DNA from: an uncultured virus (IMG/VR IMGVR_UViG_3300027752_001031)
Taxonomy: Duplodnaviria; Heunggongvirae; Uroviricota; Caudoviricetes
DNA length: 64,000 nt
IMG/VR virus record: IMGVR_UViG_3300027752_001031
Reading direction: 5' to 3' (one strand)
Below, one piece after another: positions 41,629 through 52,120 of this stretch. Both the position numbers and the translations under genes were made by a program. The notes beneath the pieces were generated by a model that saw only the letters and a list, made by a program, of their open reading frames with translations, made no database searches and was not told the origin of the DNA. The stretch's first letter is position 1; the number at the start of each line of letters is the position of its first letter.

Positions 41629-42981
41629 TTAATTAAATAAGTCGGCAGTTTTGAGGAAACGGCCACCCCATAGGGATTGCTCAGACTTTTCTATCTGAGC
41701 CTCCTGTACGATCTCGCCTAGATCGCCAGATTTGCGGAAAGCGGTGTCAGTTTCAACTGCATCAACCCTCTTTCCAAGTTCTGTAAAACCATTCTCAGCA
41801 TCTTGTAGCTTAGCGTTAGCTGTGCCGATTGATTTCTTTAGTTCGGTAATCTCGTCATTAAGTGACTTTACTACCGATGTTAGGTCGCTAAAGGCTGTGG
41901 CAAGGTCGTCTTTAATCTCTGCAATTGCAGAAACAACCTCGTTTGATTTTGATACTTCTTCAGTTACCTCGACAGCTGGGGCAGGGGAGTCTGACTTTTC
42001 GTCATACGACTTGTCATCTTCCTCTTCCTCCATGTATGAAGACTTTTCGGTGGCTTCAGCTTCGTCAGCCTTTTCCTCCATGTCGTCTTCGTCCATGTCA
42101 TCTGTCTTGGCAACGTCAGTCTCATCAGCCTTGGCGGCTTCTAATCCTGTATCTGCCTCTGGAGCGACCGATGCTGCGTCTACAACGGTAGTCTCTTCGA
42201 CTACTTCTGCTTCTGTATTGTCAGTCATAGGATCTTCCTCCTTGTCCATCTTAGCAAGATTAGTACCTTTGGCACTATCAACTAAGAACTTTATCATTCC
42301 TGATTTTTCGCTGTCATTTGTTTCAACGAAACCTATGTTCTTCATGGGGTTGCCACTAATTGGGCTCTCAGAAGACTCTTCCTTGGAAAGAACAACGATA
42401 GAGTTTTCGTTATCCCAAAATACGTTTTCAATTTCTGTTGTGTCACCTTTTATTACGTCAGCGCCATCTACCTTCTCAACGGAAAGGATGTTTGCAAACT
42501 GATTTGCTGGTGTGTCAACTAGTGATAGTTCTACTAGGTCATAGTCTTTAATGATACGAATTGACTGATCTGCCTTTTCGTCATAAGCGTCATCCCACTT
42601 ATTCATTCTACCGCCAATAGAGAACCCAGACAAAGTTCCATCTAGAACCTTTTCCCAGGTGTCTTGTGCACCCTTAGAGACATAGGCAGATACGTAAACG
42701 CCTGAATAAAACTTCTTTGTTTCTGGGTCAAAATACTTTTCTTCCTTGAAGGAAACCATCTTGCCGACTGCAAGTGGCTGGTGCATCTCTCGAATATTTC
42801 CACGGAATCTTTCAAATGCTTTAAGAGAAGCATCTGTAGTTACGATATCCATTTGCTTGTCTACATTGTCAAGCGTTGCAAATCCTGAGACGATTCTACG
42901 CTCTTTATCAACCTTGCTGAATGGCATTGACAGACGTAGGTTGTCGCCGTCTGAGTCCCACTGTGCTTTAGAAATAGTCAT
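41629..42981 (-). CDS. Prohead protease with acidic scaffold-like C-terminus
   Basis: IREMHQ, GFSIGG, ELSLVDTPAN, then Asp/Glu-rich and coiled-coil tail. Confidence 0.9.
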   Translation of the reverse strand: MTISKAQWDSDGDNLRLSMPFSKVDKERRIVSGFATLDNVDKQMDIVTTDASLKAFERFRGNIREMHQPLAVGKMVSFKEEKYFDPETKKFYSGVYVSAYVSKGAQDTWEKVLDGTLSGFSIGGRMNKWDDAYDEKADQSIRIIKDYDLVELSLVDTPANQFANILSVEKVDGADVIKGDTTEIENVFWDNENSIVVLSKEESSESPISGNPMKNIGFVETNDSEKSGMIKFLVDSAKGTNLAKMDKEEDPMTDNTEAEVVEETTVVDAASVAPEADTGLEAAKADETDVAKTDDMDEDDMEEKADEAEATEKSSYMEEEEDDKSYDEKSDSPAPAVEVTEEVSKSNEVVSAIAEIKDDLATAFSDLTSVVKSLNDEITELKKSIGTANAKLQDAENGFTELGKRVDAVETDTAFRKSGDLGEIVQEAQIEKSEQSLWGGRFLKTADLFN

Positions 42982-42989
42982 ACTACCTT

Positions 42990-43030
42990 ATTATATACCC
43001 ATTTTGTCAAAATATAACAATATTATAACA
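42990..43030 (-). promoter_or_regulatory. Tandem -10 boxes (TGTTATAAT 43022-43030, TATAAT 42990-42995) for protease-capsid genes
   Basis: Two TATAAT boxes in the AT-rich gap; the proximal one is 8 nt from the ATG. Confidence 0.6.
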
Positions 43031-43043
43031 TAAAATTATAAAA

Positions 43044-44663
43044 TTATTCGCTTGACGAACCTTCCCCTTGAGCGTTTCTTCCAGAAATAGTTGATGGACT
43101 GTCGGAGTTATTGTTTGTTCTTTCCGCATCCCTCTCTCTATTACCAGCAAGGTTAGCCCTAGCATCTGCAGACTGTCGTGTTGACATCTCGAATGGAGTA
43201 TCACCGTCTGGTCTTTGTGGTAGGCCAAGTGTTGCCCTGGCCTCATTTGGAGTCATAACCTGTGTCTTTATGTAACGCTCTAATATCTGCGACTGAGCGA
43301 TCTCGTCAGTTAGGGTTAGCTCGTTGAAGTTAAACTCTAGAACATCTGTTCTTTCACGAACGATCTTGTTAATCATCTTTTCTAGGTTAGTCTGTGCTGG
43401 TCTTGCGACCTGCTCCTTGAATGTTCTGTCCTGTGCCAAAGCTGATGCGATTGAGGAAGCGTCTGCACCACCAATTTTTGACAAAGGTACTTGGTGAGCA
43501 ACTAGGATATCGTCACGATTACGAACACGGTATTCATTAAAAGATGCTTCCTGAACGCCATTCTCAATTGGCTTCATGTCAAACTCTACTTTGTTATTGT
43601 CAGAGTCTCCAGGCAGAGGTATATACAGTGTTCTGTGCGACTGGCCTTTAAGACTGGTCTGCAGGAACCTGAACATCTTGTCTTCTGCATCTGCAGAAAG
43701 CTTTGCACCCTTTAGAGTTACAACATACCTTGGAACTGCTTTATTAGCAAAGTAGTCAATGTTGTACTGGGAGGCTAGTTGGTCTCCCTGCAATGATGAT
43801 ATGGCAGACATGATATCTGGAATACCGTAAAAAGTATTTAGTGGTGAGTACTCTTTGTAGTGCAAGATCTCGTTTGGTCTTGGATCCCCTGTTACTGGGT
43901 TCTGGTTCTTTGCCCCGAAGTTTCTAAAGTAAACAACCTTTTGTCCGATAATCTGCACATATCCATCTTTAAGTCTACGTGCCCGCATTGTTGTAGCTGG
44001 TATGTGACCAACATATCCAATGTCGCCGTTAGTCTTACGACCAACCTCTAGGTATCCGTTTCCAGTAGCCTGAACATCTGTGTAGAACTTCATCATTGTA
44101 TTAGTGAATGAGTCATCCTGGTTTAGGTTCTCTAGCCAATCTTTTATCTCAATTTTTGATCGCTCTATTCGTTTGCGAGCTCTTGCTGTGGCCTCTTCAT
44201 TATTGCTGTCTTCAAGCTTTAGCATTGTCCTCTCGGACACCTTAAAGTCAAACCCAAGGCCTACAATGTTTTCTACCTTGGCATCAATAGCTGCGTGGTT
44301 AGCAAAGGATGTGTCGTAATAGTTGGCAAGTTCGTATAGGTTCCATGGTGGTGTTATTACGTCAAAGAGTCCGTATCCATTTCTATAGACGTTACCTGGA
44401 TTTATCTCTTTTGAAGCTGCACCGTTACCAGAGCTTATAGCCCTAGCGCTTGTTGTATACTGAGGAGACAGGGTATCAACGTAGCTGCCTACTGCCTCGT
44501 CGTATGCCTTTACTACCCTGTCGGTCCTACGCTTGAAGTTCTTTTCTAGACCAGAAAGAGACTTGAGGTCATCCCAGGTCTTGTTGAATGGGTCCTGTGC
44601 CTTGAACAGATCTTCCTTTTGCTCGATATCTGGCAAGCTTGCATTAATATAATATTCGTCCAT
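43044..44663 (-). CDS. Portal protein
   Basis: TGNGYLEV, YGIPDI, YFANKAVP, HQVP, MTPNEARATLGLP. Confidence 0.92.
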   Translation of the reverse strand: MDEYYINASLPDIEQKEDLFKAQDPFNKTWDDLKSLSGLEKNFKRRTDRVVKAYDEAVGSYVDTLSPQYTTSARAISSGNGAASKEINPGNVYRNGYGLFDVITPPWNLYELANYYDTSFANHAAIDAKVENIVGLGFDFKVSERTMLKLEDSNNEEATARARKRIERSKIEIKDWLENLNQDDSFTNTMMKFYTDVQATGNGYLEVGRKTNGDIGYVGHIPATTMRARRLKDGYVQIIGQKVVYFRNFGAKNQNPVTGDPRPNEILHYKEYSPLNTFYGIPDIMSAISSLQGDQLASQYNIDYFANKAVPRYVVTLKGAKLSADAEDKMFRFLQTSLKGQSHRTLYIPLPGDSDNNKVEFDMKPIENGVQEASFNEYRVRNRDDILVAHQVPLSKIGGADASSIASALAQDRTFKEQVARPAQTNLEKMINKIVRERTDVLEFNFNELTLTDEIAQSQILERYIKTQVMTPNEARATLGLPQRPDGDTPFEMSTRQSADARANLAGNRERDAERTNNNSDSPSTISGRNAQGEGSSSE

Positions 44664-45043
44664 TAGCCTTCATCTCCATAAAGATCTAGCGTCTTCTTTG
44701 CCGCTGTAAGTGCACCTAGGTCATTCATGCTTGGGATAAGCCCCTGCTTCATTCTATCGACCTGCTCGGAGTGTTCTTCGTCTGAAATCTTTTTCATGTT
44801 AGGATAAAAGACTGCTCTTCCGTCGGGCTGACCCCAATATGTTGCTGCGTCGTGCAGAGCTTTAATCCTTGACTTGTCGTCTCTCATGCCCTCGATTGAC
44901 AGTGCGTTCTTATCGCTGTCCATAAATGGCTTGCCATTGGGCTTTACCCAAACATATGTTCCATAATTAGAGAACTTTTCCTCTATAACCTGGATCTTTG
45001 TCTCACCGATCTGACCAGGGAAGCGTGGTTTTTGATTATTCAT
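44663..45043 (-). CDS. Hypothetical protein upstream of portal
   Basis: ATG 7 nt after TGGTATACT (45051-45059); coupled to portal. Confidence 0.7.
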   Translation of the reverse strand: MNNQKPRFPGQIGETKIQVIEEKFSNYGTYVWVKPNGKPFMDSDKNALSIEGMRDDKSRIKALHDAATYWGQPDGRAVFYPNMKKISDEEHSEQVDRMKQGLIPSMNDLGALTAAKKTLDLYGDEG

Positions 45044-45061
45044 AACCACTAGTATACCATA

Positions 45062-48000
45062 CTATGCAGGTCTTACCGTAGCAGACTGCCAAGAAATGTC
45101 TTTATAAGTATTATATTCGTATTGACCGAAACGCAAATCCCGTTCATCGTCAACAATAAACTTGTTTGTGCCAGTGTAAGTCTTGTATATATCGGCTGGG
45201 TTCACACCGTAGTAGCTAGTTGATGAAAGAACCAATACGCCATTCCATAGATAGGCATTAGCCCAGAACTGCCAGTCTAGCTCTGATGTACCCAGGAACT
45301 TTACCTTAAACCATGGCCTTATAGATGTATTCTGAACCTCTTGTAGGTTTGTTGACTCGTAATGTGTTATGGTGTTTACCAAGATTGGACCATTAATCCT
45401 CAATGCCCCCGAGAAGTTGTCAAAGTTTAGGTTGTTAGCGAAGCTGAAGCCAAGCATGGCCCACTCATCTATTGTCAGCTCTGGCTCTTTTACAATCTTG
45501 CCATTAAGATAAAAAGCAATTCCGTTTTCTAATTGACCAGTAAGTGTGTTTTTTGCATATATTTTCCCACGTTTTCCATCGGGATGTGTAGAAACTACGT
45601 AAAACTTTAGGTAAGCGTTATTGCTCTGAACTTCAAATATTTGCTTTTCTGCTGCTGGGAAAACGGGATCTGAATACCTTACTGCCATCTGCATTGCAAT
45701 TACGTTAAAGCTTGACGACAGTCCTTGGTTAATTGGTATGGAAAGCCCTCTGTCAACAAGTGCGTCATAATCACCTACCTGCTTAATACCGCTATTCTTT
45801 GTAAGGTATAGGTAAGGTGTGCTGCCCTTGTATATTGAGAATGGATTTCTGCTCTTGTAGTCAAAGTAAACGCCAGACTTCTTATATGGGTATATTGGTG
45901 TTCCGAATCGTGTTCCAATTGGGTTAGAGGAATACTTGTTGAATGCCTGTGAGGATAGCTTAAGTGATCTTATACCTAGTGGCTGGCTAAGTACTCCAGT
46001 CGGTTGTGCCTCTATGTGAACCATTATGGCTATGCCTTCAAACCCAGTGTTTCCTGGAGGGTATATGATAGCACCGTCTATAACCTCATACTTTGTATAT
46101 AGCCATTCATCTCCTGGCTCTACGACATTGTTTGTGGATAGGGATACTGTACTAGAAAAGGATGTCTTGGTTGAACTGACACCAGAATTTACGTACTTAA
46201 AGGATACATATGTCTTTACGATAGAGCTTGAGGTGTCGTATACCCCATTAACAATGCTGGTTGGAATTGGGTAGTCGACGTTAAACTGAATAAAGTCTAG
46301 GTCATAGAATGAGTTGTTCTCAGCATCCTTTACAAACTGTGCGAAGTAGGAGAGTGGCTGGTAATCTTCCCAGTAAGAATCTGTAGAAATATCCAATGCC
46401 AGAGTACCAAATCTTTTCTGTGGCAGAAGTGTATAACTAGCTACGTACTCTGTAATTGGCTCTGTGGGGAATGTCTCTGGGAATTCGGCATCCCAAAGAG
46501 TCTCCCAATAGTCACCGTCGTTACCAAAGTATGCGTCTCCAGCATCTGCGATTGCTCCAATAGCATACTCGTCAAATAGGTCCTGGTAGTTCTGAAGAAC
46601 TCCTGTGCTGTCAAACCATCCAGATATGTCTATTAGGTTTCTGTCAGTAGAGAAGGATATGTTGTGTATGTATCCAGAGTATGTCTGGTCTAGCTCTTTG
46701 CTGCCTGCAACGTAAACCTTTATCTGGCTAGGGTTGCCCAGGAAAGACGATACGTTTTTGCCAAAGCTATTAGCAAATTTCTTAATGTCTATGCCCGCTA
46801 ATATGATCTCACTACCTGGATTTTTTGTTGTGGTATATATAGTTTCTTCCACACCATTGTAATAAAACTTATACAAGACCTCATCTTGTAAGCTAGTGAT
46901 CTTTAGGTAGTTTCCAGTTGCTGGATTCTCTAGCTTAAACAGCACTTCTTCTGTAGTGGGTGGTGTGTCTTCCTCAAACAGTCCGTACACTGCTGCTGTT
47001 TTTTCATCAAGAATGTTTAGCTTGTCAAAGAGAAGGTATCCAGTCGTATCTGTCCAGGTGGGTGGCTTTAGGGTTATTACGTCCCCTAGTGGGTTTACGA
47101 TTGCAGAGCATGCTGTTATTAGCTGGTCGTATGTTTTGTTATTTAAGTACACTGCTGGTAGTGCATAATTAGCAAAAGATAGCCGATTGCTGTCTGTCGA
47201 AAATCCTTCTTTAGCACCCTGGTTCCATCTACCAAGATCTGGATAGCTGTAGCTATTCGTGTAGTCTGCAAAAGAATAGTCTATAAGTGTTGACGTTCCG
47301 CTGTATGCAGTATTAATGTTTTCTGGAAGCTCTACACCTTGTCCATATACCCACCTGCGTTTTGCTATTACTAGAGGAACTAGGTAAGAATATATGGCAA
47401 CTGCGTCTACCCCAATTGGAGTGACGTCGTCATAAGCGTAAAACCCTAGCCAGTCCTGACTCTTTGCAGATGCGTTGTACTCTGTTGGCAGGACCAGGGT
47501 TGTCTGATCAATCTCAAACGATATAATTTCTTCTGCGTTTAGCAATACGCTTGCAGAGTTTGGAGATACTCGAACATCAACGAGCATTGGCCTGAACCAC
47601 TCTCCAACAAAATGAGAACCAGAGCTATTGCCTATCTTTAAGGTTAAGAATGCACCCTCTACATAAAGACCATCTGTGGAGGAAATTGGTCCAAAGATTC
47701 TTCGCTCTTCTGCTGAGCCTGCGTTAATCCTCATCCACATTTCTACTGTATAAGTCTTATATCTACCAGCTTCATTTAGGCAGCCAAGTCCTGGTATGAT
47801 CAGTGATGGCTTGTTATTGCTGTTTGCGGAAAGCAGGGTAACATCTGATGCTCCGTATACCATTGGAATACCAGAATTTCTAGCAACTAGAGCGTTGTCG
47901 CTAGTTAGGTAGTATGCATTGTTTTCTTGTAATCCATAGGCACTTGCTGCTACCGCAGTAGACTGGCTAAGTGCAATATTGCTGGGGAATGAAGTTGTAG

Positions 48001-48598
48001 AAACTCCCAAAGAAGAGGAGTGGAATTCTTCTGACCATTGACCAACTGATAATCCATTTATGTAGAATACATAATCTCCTGGTGGGGTTCCTAGAGCAAT
48101 ATAGTTTATCTTTATTACTACCCTGAAATCTGTGCCCTCTTCTGGTATGTCGAAGGTTTCTGATAAGAATAGCCAGTTTTTGATTACCGATGTATTAAAT
48201 GTTTTTAGAACTTGAGTAGTGACTCCTCCAGAGTCATATTCATATCCGATTTCAAAACCAGATACGTATACGCTGTCAGAATATGCGTATAGCCCAATTG
48301 CAAAGGTAGCTAGCTCTGAGCTAAGTATGGCGGTATTAGTTATTTCTGGACTAACAGCTACTACTTGTCCAGAGCCATCTCCAGTAAGTGTTGTAGTAAA
48401 AGTATCGGGAAATGGCTCATCGGATACTAGAAGATTGGGTGTTGCCGTGGCATTTGATATTGTCCACCCTGCATCTGAGATATCTCTAAAGGAATCTGGT
48501 ATTGTAGAAATATAATCAGCTTTATCATCCAATGCCCACAAAGCAAGTGGATGCTCAGCAAACACCTTTTCTGCATATAGGTTGGACGGACTAGTCAT
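45062..48598 (-). CDS. Large virion protein with LamG/concanavalin-A-like and carbohydrate-binding-type domains
   Basis: AEHPLALWALDD, YTVEMWMRI, VDAVAIYSY; AGGAGA RBS; TGGTAAAAT at 48613-48621. Confidence 0.65.
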   Translation of the reverse strand: MTSPSNLYAEKVFAEHPLALWALDDKADYISTIPDSFRDISDAGWTISNATATPNLLVSDEPFPDTFTTTLTGDGSGQVVAVSPEITNTAILSSELATFAIGLYAYSDSVYVSGFEIGYEYDSGGVTTQVLKTFNTSVIKNWLFLSETFDIPEEGTDFRVVIKINYIALGTPPGDYVFYINGLSVGQWSEEFHSSSLGVSTTSFPSNIALSQSTAVAASAYGLQENNAYYLTSDNALVARNSGIPMVYGASDVTLLSANSNNKPSLIIPGLGCLNEAGRYKTYTVEMWMRINAGSAEERRIFGPISSTDGLYVEGAFLTLKIGNSSGSHFVGEWFRPMLVDVRVSPNSASVLLNAEEIISFEIDQTTLVLPTEYNASAKSQDWLGFYAYDDVTPIGVDAVAIYSYLVPLVIAKRRWVYGQGVELPENINTAYSGTSTLIDYSFADYTNSYSYPDLGRWNQGAKEGFSTDSNRLSFANYALPAVYLNNKTYDQLITACSAIVNPLGDVITLKPPTWTDTTGYLLFDKLNILDEKTAAVYGLFEEDTPPTTEEVLFKLENPATGNYLKITSLQDEVLYKFYYNGVEETIYTTTKNPGSEIILAGIDIKKFANSFGKNVSSFLGNPSQIKVYVAGSKELDQTYSGYIHNISFSTDRNLIDISGWFDSTGVLQNYQDLFDEYAIGAIADAGDAYFGNDGDYWETLWDAEFPETFPTEPITEYVASYTLLPQKRFGTLALDISTDSYWEDYQPLSYFAQFVKDAENNSFYDLDFIQFNVDYPIPTSIVNGVYDTSSSIVKTYVSFKYVNSGVSSTKTSFSSTVSLSTNNVVEPGDEWLYTKYEVIDGAIIYPPGNTGFEGIAIMVHIEAQPTGVLSQPLGIRSLKLSSQAFNKYSSNPIGTRFGTPIYPYKKSGVYFDYKSRNPFSIYKGSTPYLYLTKNSGIKQVGDYDALVDRGLSIPINQGLSSSFNVIAMQMAVRYSDPVFPAAEKQIFEVQSNNAYLKFYVVSTHPDGKRGKIYAKNTLTGQLENGIAFYLNGKIVKEPELTIDEWAMLGFSFANNLNFDNFSGALRINGPILVNTITHYESTNLQEVQNTSIRPWFKVKFLGTSELDWQFWANAYLWNGVLVLSSTSYYGVNPADIYKTYTGTNKFIVDDERDLRFGQYEYNTYKDISWQSATVRPA

Positions 48599-48650
48599 AT
48601 TTCTCCTAGTCTATTTTACCACACTAGGGCAAACCATTTAGGCAATTGCC

Positions 48651-49007
48651 CTATAGCTGGCTGACACCGATCCAAGACTGAGACTCTTCTTCCCAAACAT
48701 AAACCATTCCGCTGTCGGAATCTGGGGTCCAAGAATCTGCAGGTAGTGAGACTGGAGCTTGCCAGTCATTATTACCGTCTAAGGACCAAGACGCATGTGG
48801 CCTTGGGAGTATAAAGATGTCTAAGTCTTCATCGTATGTTGATCCTAAAATCGGAGTAAGTTTTCTGAACGCTCCAGTTAGGCTGTATTCAACCCACTGG
48901 CCAGGCCTGTTGAGAGCTTCTCCAAAGAAGCTAGATGAAGCATCCGATGGGGCAACAAGAATTTCAACTACGATGCCGTTTTCTATTTTCGCAAAGTTTT
49001 TACTCAT
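48651..49007 (-). CDS. Fibre-associated small protein (putative chaperone), paralog of 55412..55744
   Basis: FAKIENGIV...YDEDLDIFILPRPHASWSL...YVWEEESQSW. Confidence 0.65.
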   Translation of the reverse strand: MSKNFAKIENGIVVEILVAPSDASSSFFGEALNRPGQWVEYSLTGAFRKLTPILGSTYDEDLDIFILPRPHASWSLDGNNDWQAPVSLPADSWTPDSDSGMVYVWEEESQSWIGVSQL

Positions 49008-50887
49008 TAGTCTATTAAGCTCCTTAGGTATCTAACCACTACTCTTCCTGCTTGGCCAGCGCCGCCAGCGTTACCGTTGTATCCGCCAGTGCCGCCCCCG
49101 CCGAAGCCGCCGCCGCTTCCGTAATAAGTCGTGGTATTTCCAAAGGATCCACCAGCGCCGCCACCACCAAAGGTCATGCCGAAGACGCTTCTAGCTGCTC
49201 CTCCGCCAGAGTTTGTGGAGATTGAACCAGAACCATTTGCACCGCCACCCCCAGCGCCACCACCGCCTGCGCCCGAGCCAGAATTGGCTCCAGAGCCGCC
49301 GTTGTTTCCTTGGCCAGAGATGCCTGGCCCACCGCTTCTTGGGTTGTTTGTTGAGGCTCCGCCACCACCAGAGCCGCCAGCGCCACCGCCTGTGTATGAG
49401 CCACCGTTGCCACCACCGCTCGTTGATCCAATGCCGCCCATGGCTGAGCTTCCGCCGCCGCCACCGCTGCCGCCACCGCTGCCGACGCTAATAGATGTAG
49501 TCTCTGTTGACTGTCCGTAGTATGTAAGACAGCCGCCACCGCCAGCGCCGCCGCCTGAACCGCTCTCACCGCCACCACCGCCGCCAGCTTGAATGGTTAC
49601 GTCGCAAGACAATGGTCCGCCGCTAATCGTAATACTACCACTAGAGCTAAAGCTGTTGTAGTAATATGTTGCATCGCTAGACAATGACCCACCCGATACC
49701 GTTAGTGGTGGGTTGGTCAGAATGGTAAGTGACTGGTCTGCAAAGGAGCCAGCGGCATCCGTTGCTCTAACCGTAAATGTGGCTGTTGTTCCTGGGGTTG
49801 CAGAAGAAGCTCCAGATACAAGTCCAGAGCTAGACAGGGTTATTCCGTCGGAAATGGCTCCCGACTGGACCGCGTAGGTTACAGTTCCGCCAGCCGAGCC
49901 AGTAGAAGTAGAAAGCTGCTGGGAGTAAGCAACGGCGATGCCTGCGTCTGGTAGTGATGAAGTCACCCATACTGGCTTGTCATTAGCTATAAAGTTAATA
50001 GCCTTGTCTGTAAAGTTGCCACCATCATCGGTCGCTCTAATAGTCATAGCGGTTGAATCACCTTCGGAAGCCGATCCGCTAAAGGTTCCTTCTACAGTTC
50101 CGTTTACATTTAAGGTTAGCCCTGCTGGTAAAGTACCAGCAGCAACGGTGTATACAACGCCTGAGTCTGAATCTGTTGCTTCTAGCAGGGTAGCTGTTGT
50201 AACCCCCTGAAGGTTGTAGAAAGCTGAAGTTCCAGTAACCCATGACGGGACTGAACCAGCGGTCATTCCGTTTACAACTTTGTGCGCGTTAGAGCCAGTA
50301 GGAACTGGTATTCCTGGGTTAGATACAGAAAGAGTATATGGAGAATTAGATACATCGAAGCTATCTGGCCTTACGGCATTTAGCTGAGTCGAAGATATCC
50401 TCGTTACAGACTTAGCTGACTGAGGAACGTTGTTCTGGCCAATAAACTCTACCTGAACATCAGATGCGAAGTTTCCTCCAGTTATAAGAGTTGCGGTATC
50501 TATGTTTGGAAGAGATGGTGTTCCTATGGTAGATACAAAGGCTCCAGAAACTACTGAGTCACCAGCAGAAGTTGTGGAATTAAGCGTTCCAGAGTATGTA
50601 AAGAGTATTTTTTCACCTAGAGCTGCACCGATAACGATCACCTTGTTAAAGATGTCGGAAACCTCTATGAATGAAGTATTTGTGTAACCAGCGTAAAGTC
50701 CATTTTTAGATACGGCGTAAATATCAAAGGTTGTGTCTCCGCCTTCTAGGGATACTTCATATCTTCCTGCTGGGTAATCTGAGTTTAGGGGAACCGTAGT
50801 GTTGTCTGTAGATGTGACAGATACCGAAAAGTTACTGAATGAACCAGATGATGATGCTGCCGCTGCGCCGAAACTACTTACTGCCAT
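49007..50887 (-). CDS. Fibre/receptor-binding protein: IPT-like and putative Ig domains plus glycine-rich C-terminus
   Basis: GTLPAGLTL and FTVRATD Ig repeats; GGGGG tracts ending GRVVVRY. Confidence 0.7.
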   Translation of the reverse strand: MAVSSFGAAAASSSGSFSNFSVSVTSTDNTTVPLNSDYPAGRYEVSLEGGDTTFDIYAVSKNGLYAGYTNTSFIEVSDIFNKVIVIGAALGEKILFTYSGTLNSTTSAGDSVVSGAFVSTIGTPSLPNIDTATLITGGNFASDVQVEFIGQNNVPQSAKSVTRISSTQLNAVRPDSFDVSNSPYTLSVSNPGIPVPTGSNAHKVVNGMTAGSVPSWVTGTSAFYNLQGVTTATLLEATDSDSGVVYTVAAGTLPAGLTLNVNGTVEGTFSGSASEGDSTAMTIRATDDGGNFTDKAINFIANDKPVWVTSSLPDAGIAVAYSQQLSTSTGSAGGTVTYAVQSGAISDGITLSSSGLVSGASSATPGTTATFTVRATDAAGSFADQSLTILTNPPLTVSGGSLSSDATYYYNSFSSSGSITISGGPLSCDVTIQAGGGGGGESGSGGGAGGGGCLTYYGQSTETTSISVGSGGGSGGGGGSSAMGGIGSTSGGGNGGSYTGGGAGGSGGGGASTNNPRSGGPGISGQGNNGGSGANSGSGAGGGGAGGGGANGSGSISTNSGGGAARSVFGMTFGGGGAGGSFGNTTTYYGSGGGFGGGGTGGYNGNAGGAGQAGRVVVRYLRSLID

Positions 50888-51219
50888 TATGCAATCTCCG
50901 ATCCGAATGCCTGGAATGTTAGTGCGTCGGTAGTACCAGACTGTACTGTGATGACGTCTGTAGCGGATAGCGTAACTCCAACTGTAATAGCTGTAAAGTT
51001 ATTTGCTGTAACCGTTCCATCGTAGACAATGGCGTTAGACGTAGCAGCTGATGCTCCTGCTGCTCTTGCAAAGATTCTGCAGGTAGCATCTGTCGCAGTT
51101 GTGTTGGTTACTAGGAGGGTTGAAATGACAGCCTCTGTAGCAGATGGTACTGTGTATAGGTCTGCATTGCTTGTATTAGCAGGGGCAGCCTGTCCTAAGA
51201 TCTTGTACGTTGTCGCCAT
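50887..51219 (-). CDS. Small beta-sandwich virion protein
   Basis: MATTYKILGQAAP...LYTVP...AFGSEIA; TGTTATAAT at 51244-51252. Confidence 0.65.
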   Translation of the reverse strand: MATTYKILGQAAPANTSNADLYTVPSATEAVISTLLVTNTTATDATCRIFARAAGASAATSNAIVYDGTVTANNFTAITVGVTLSATDVITVQSGTTDALTFQAFGSEIA

Positions 51220-51258
51220 TAATTACTCCTATTTTCTTGTTCTATTATAACAGATGTT

Positions 51259-52080
51259 TTAGGCACCCATCAACATAAAGTTGTTTGTGAAAGTTGGTTG
51301 AGCACTAGCTACCGCTGAATCTGTGTAATTGTTTGCGTTTGACTCTGCTGTAGAAATTGAAGTGTTAATTGTTGTAAAGAAGTCTGCATCGTCATTAATT
51401 GCTGCGGCTATCTCATTCAGGGTGTTTAGCACTCCTGGGGCTGAATCTATGACATTAGAGAGTGCAGTAGATATCCTGTCAGCGACAGTGTTTCCCGCTG
51501 TGCCGTCAACCGTTGCGTCTCCAATTAGAGAATCCGTGTTGGCGTTAGCGTTAGACTGTGCAGTAGCCGCTGAACCAGCAGCGTCATAGTTTGTAGCTAG
51601 ACCATCTGAATAGGTATTAGCTGTAGATACCGCATCTGTCTCGGCAGTGTCAGCATATGCCTGGTATGCAGTAGTGATGGCTGTCTCTCTACCATCTGTG
51701 TAGGTTGCTGCAGTAGCAACTGCATTGGTCTCTGCATTTGTAACGTCTGTTCCGATTGAAGTAATGAAATCTGCGTTATCGCCTATGGCTGCAGCAAGCT
51801 CGTTAAGAGTATCTAGTGCTCCTGGGGCTGAATCAATTATCCCTGCAACGGCGGTAGAGATTTCTGAATCTACCTGAGAAGAAGTGTAATAGTCGGTAAG
51901 AGCAGTAGCTAGTGCTGCAGCATCTTGGAAGTATGAAAGGGTGGTCCAGTTATTGACACCGTCACCGATCTTAAAGCTGTTGGTCTCAGACTCCCAGCCA
52001 ATCTCGCCTTCTCCAAGAACTGGATTGGCGGCTGTCCACTGATCTGAAGTACCTCGACGCTGTTGCATGCGTGTTGACAT
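51259..52080 (-). CDS. Fibre adaptor with Mtd/hyaluronidase-type N-terminal domain
   Basis: MQQRRGT..W...NPVLGEGEIGWESETNSFKIGDG; two LDTLNELAAA-type repeats; ends FMLMGA. Confidence 0.75.
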   Translation of the reverse strand: MSTRMQQRRGTSDQWTAANPVLGEGEIGWESETNSFKIGDGVNNWTTLSYFQDAAALATALTDYYTSSQVDSEISTAVAGIIDSAPGALDTLNELAAAIGDNADFITSIGTDVTNAETNAVATAATYTDGRETAITTAYQAYADTAETDAVSTANTYSDGLATNYDAAGSAATAQSNANANTDSLIGDATVDGTAGNTVADRISTALSNVIDSAPGVLNTLNEIAAAINDDADFFTTINTSISTAESNANNYTDSAVASAQPTFTNNFMLMGA

Positions 52081-52120
52081 TTATGACTCCTAGGGTATTT
52101 ACTTATATAATTATAGCGTG

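Noticed and set aside
41586..41666. N-terminal extensions given by the ORF track (capsid; likewise 8126, 8679, 27224, 3208)
   Set aside because: Better starts with an RBS or stop-start coupling lie downstream.
41732..42502. 256-aa Ser-rich plus-strand ORF and similar antisense ORFs (e.g. 49131..49520)
   Set aside because: Antisense to acidic or Gly-rich coding regions, with no RBS or promoter support.
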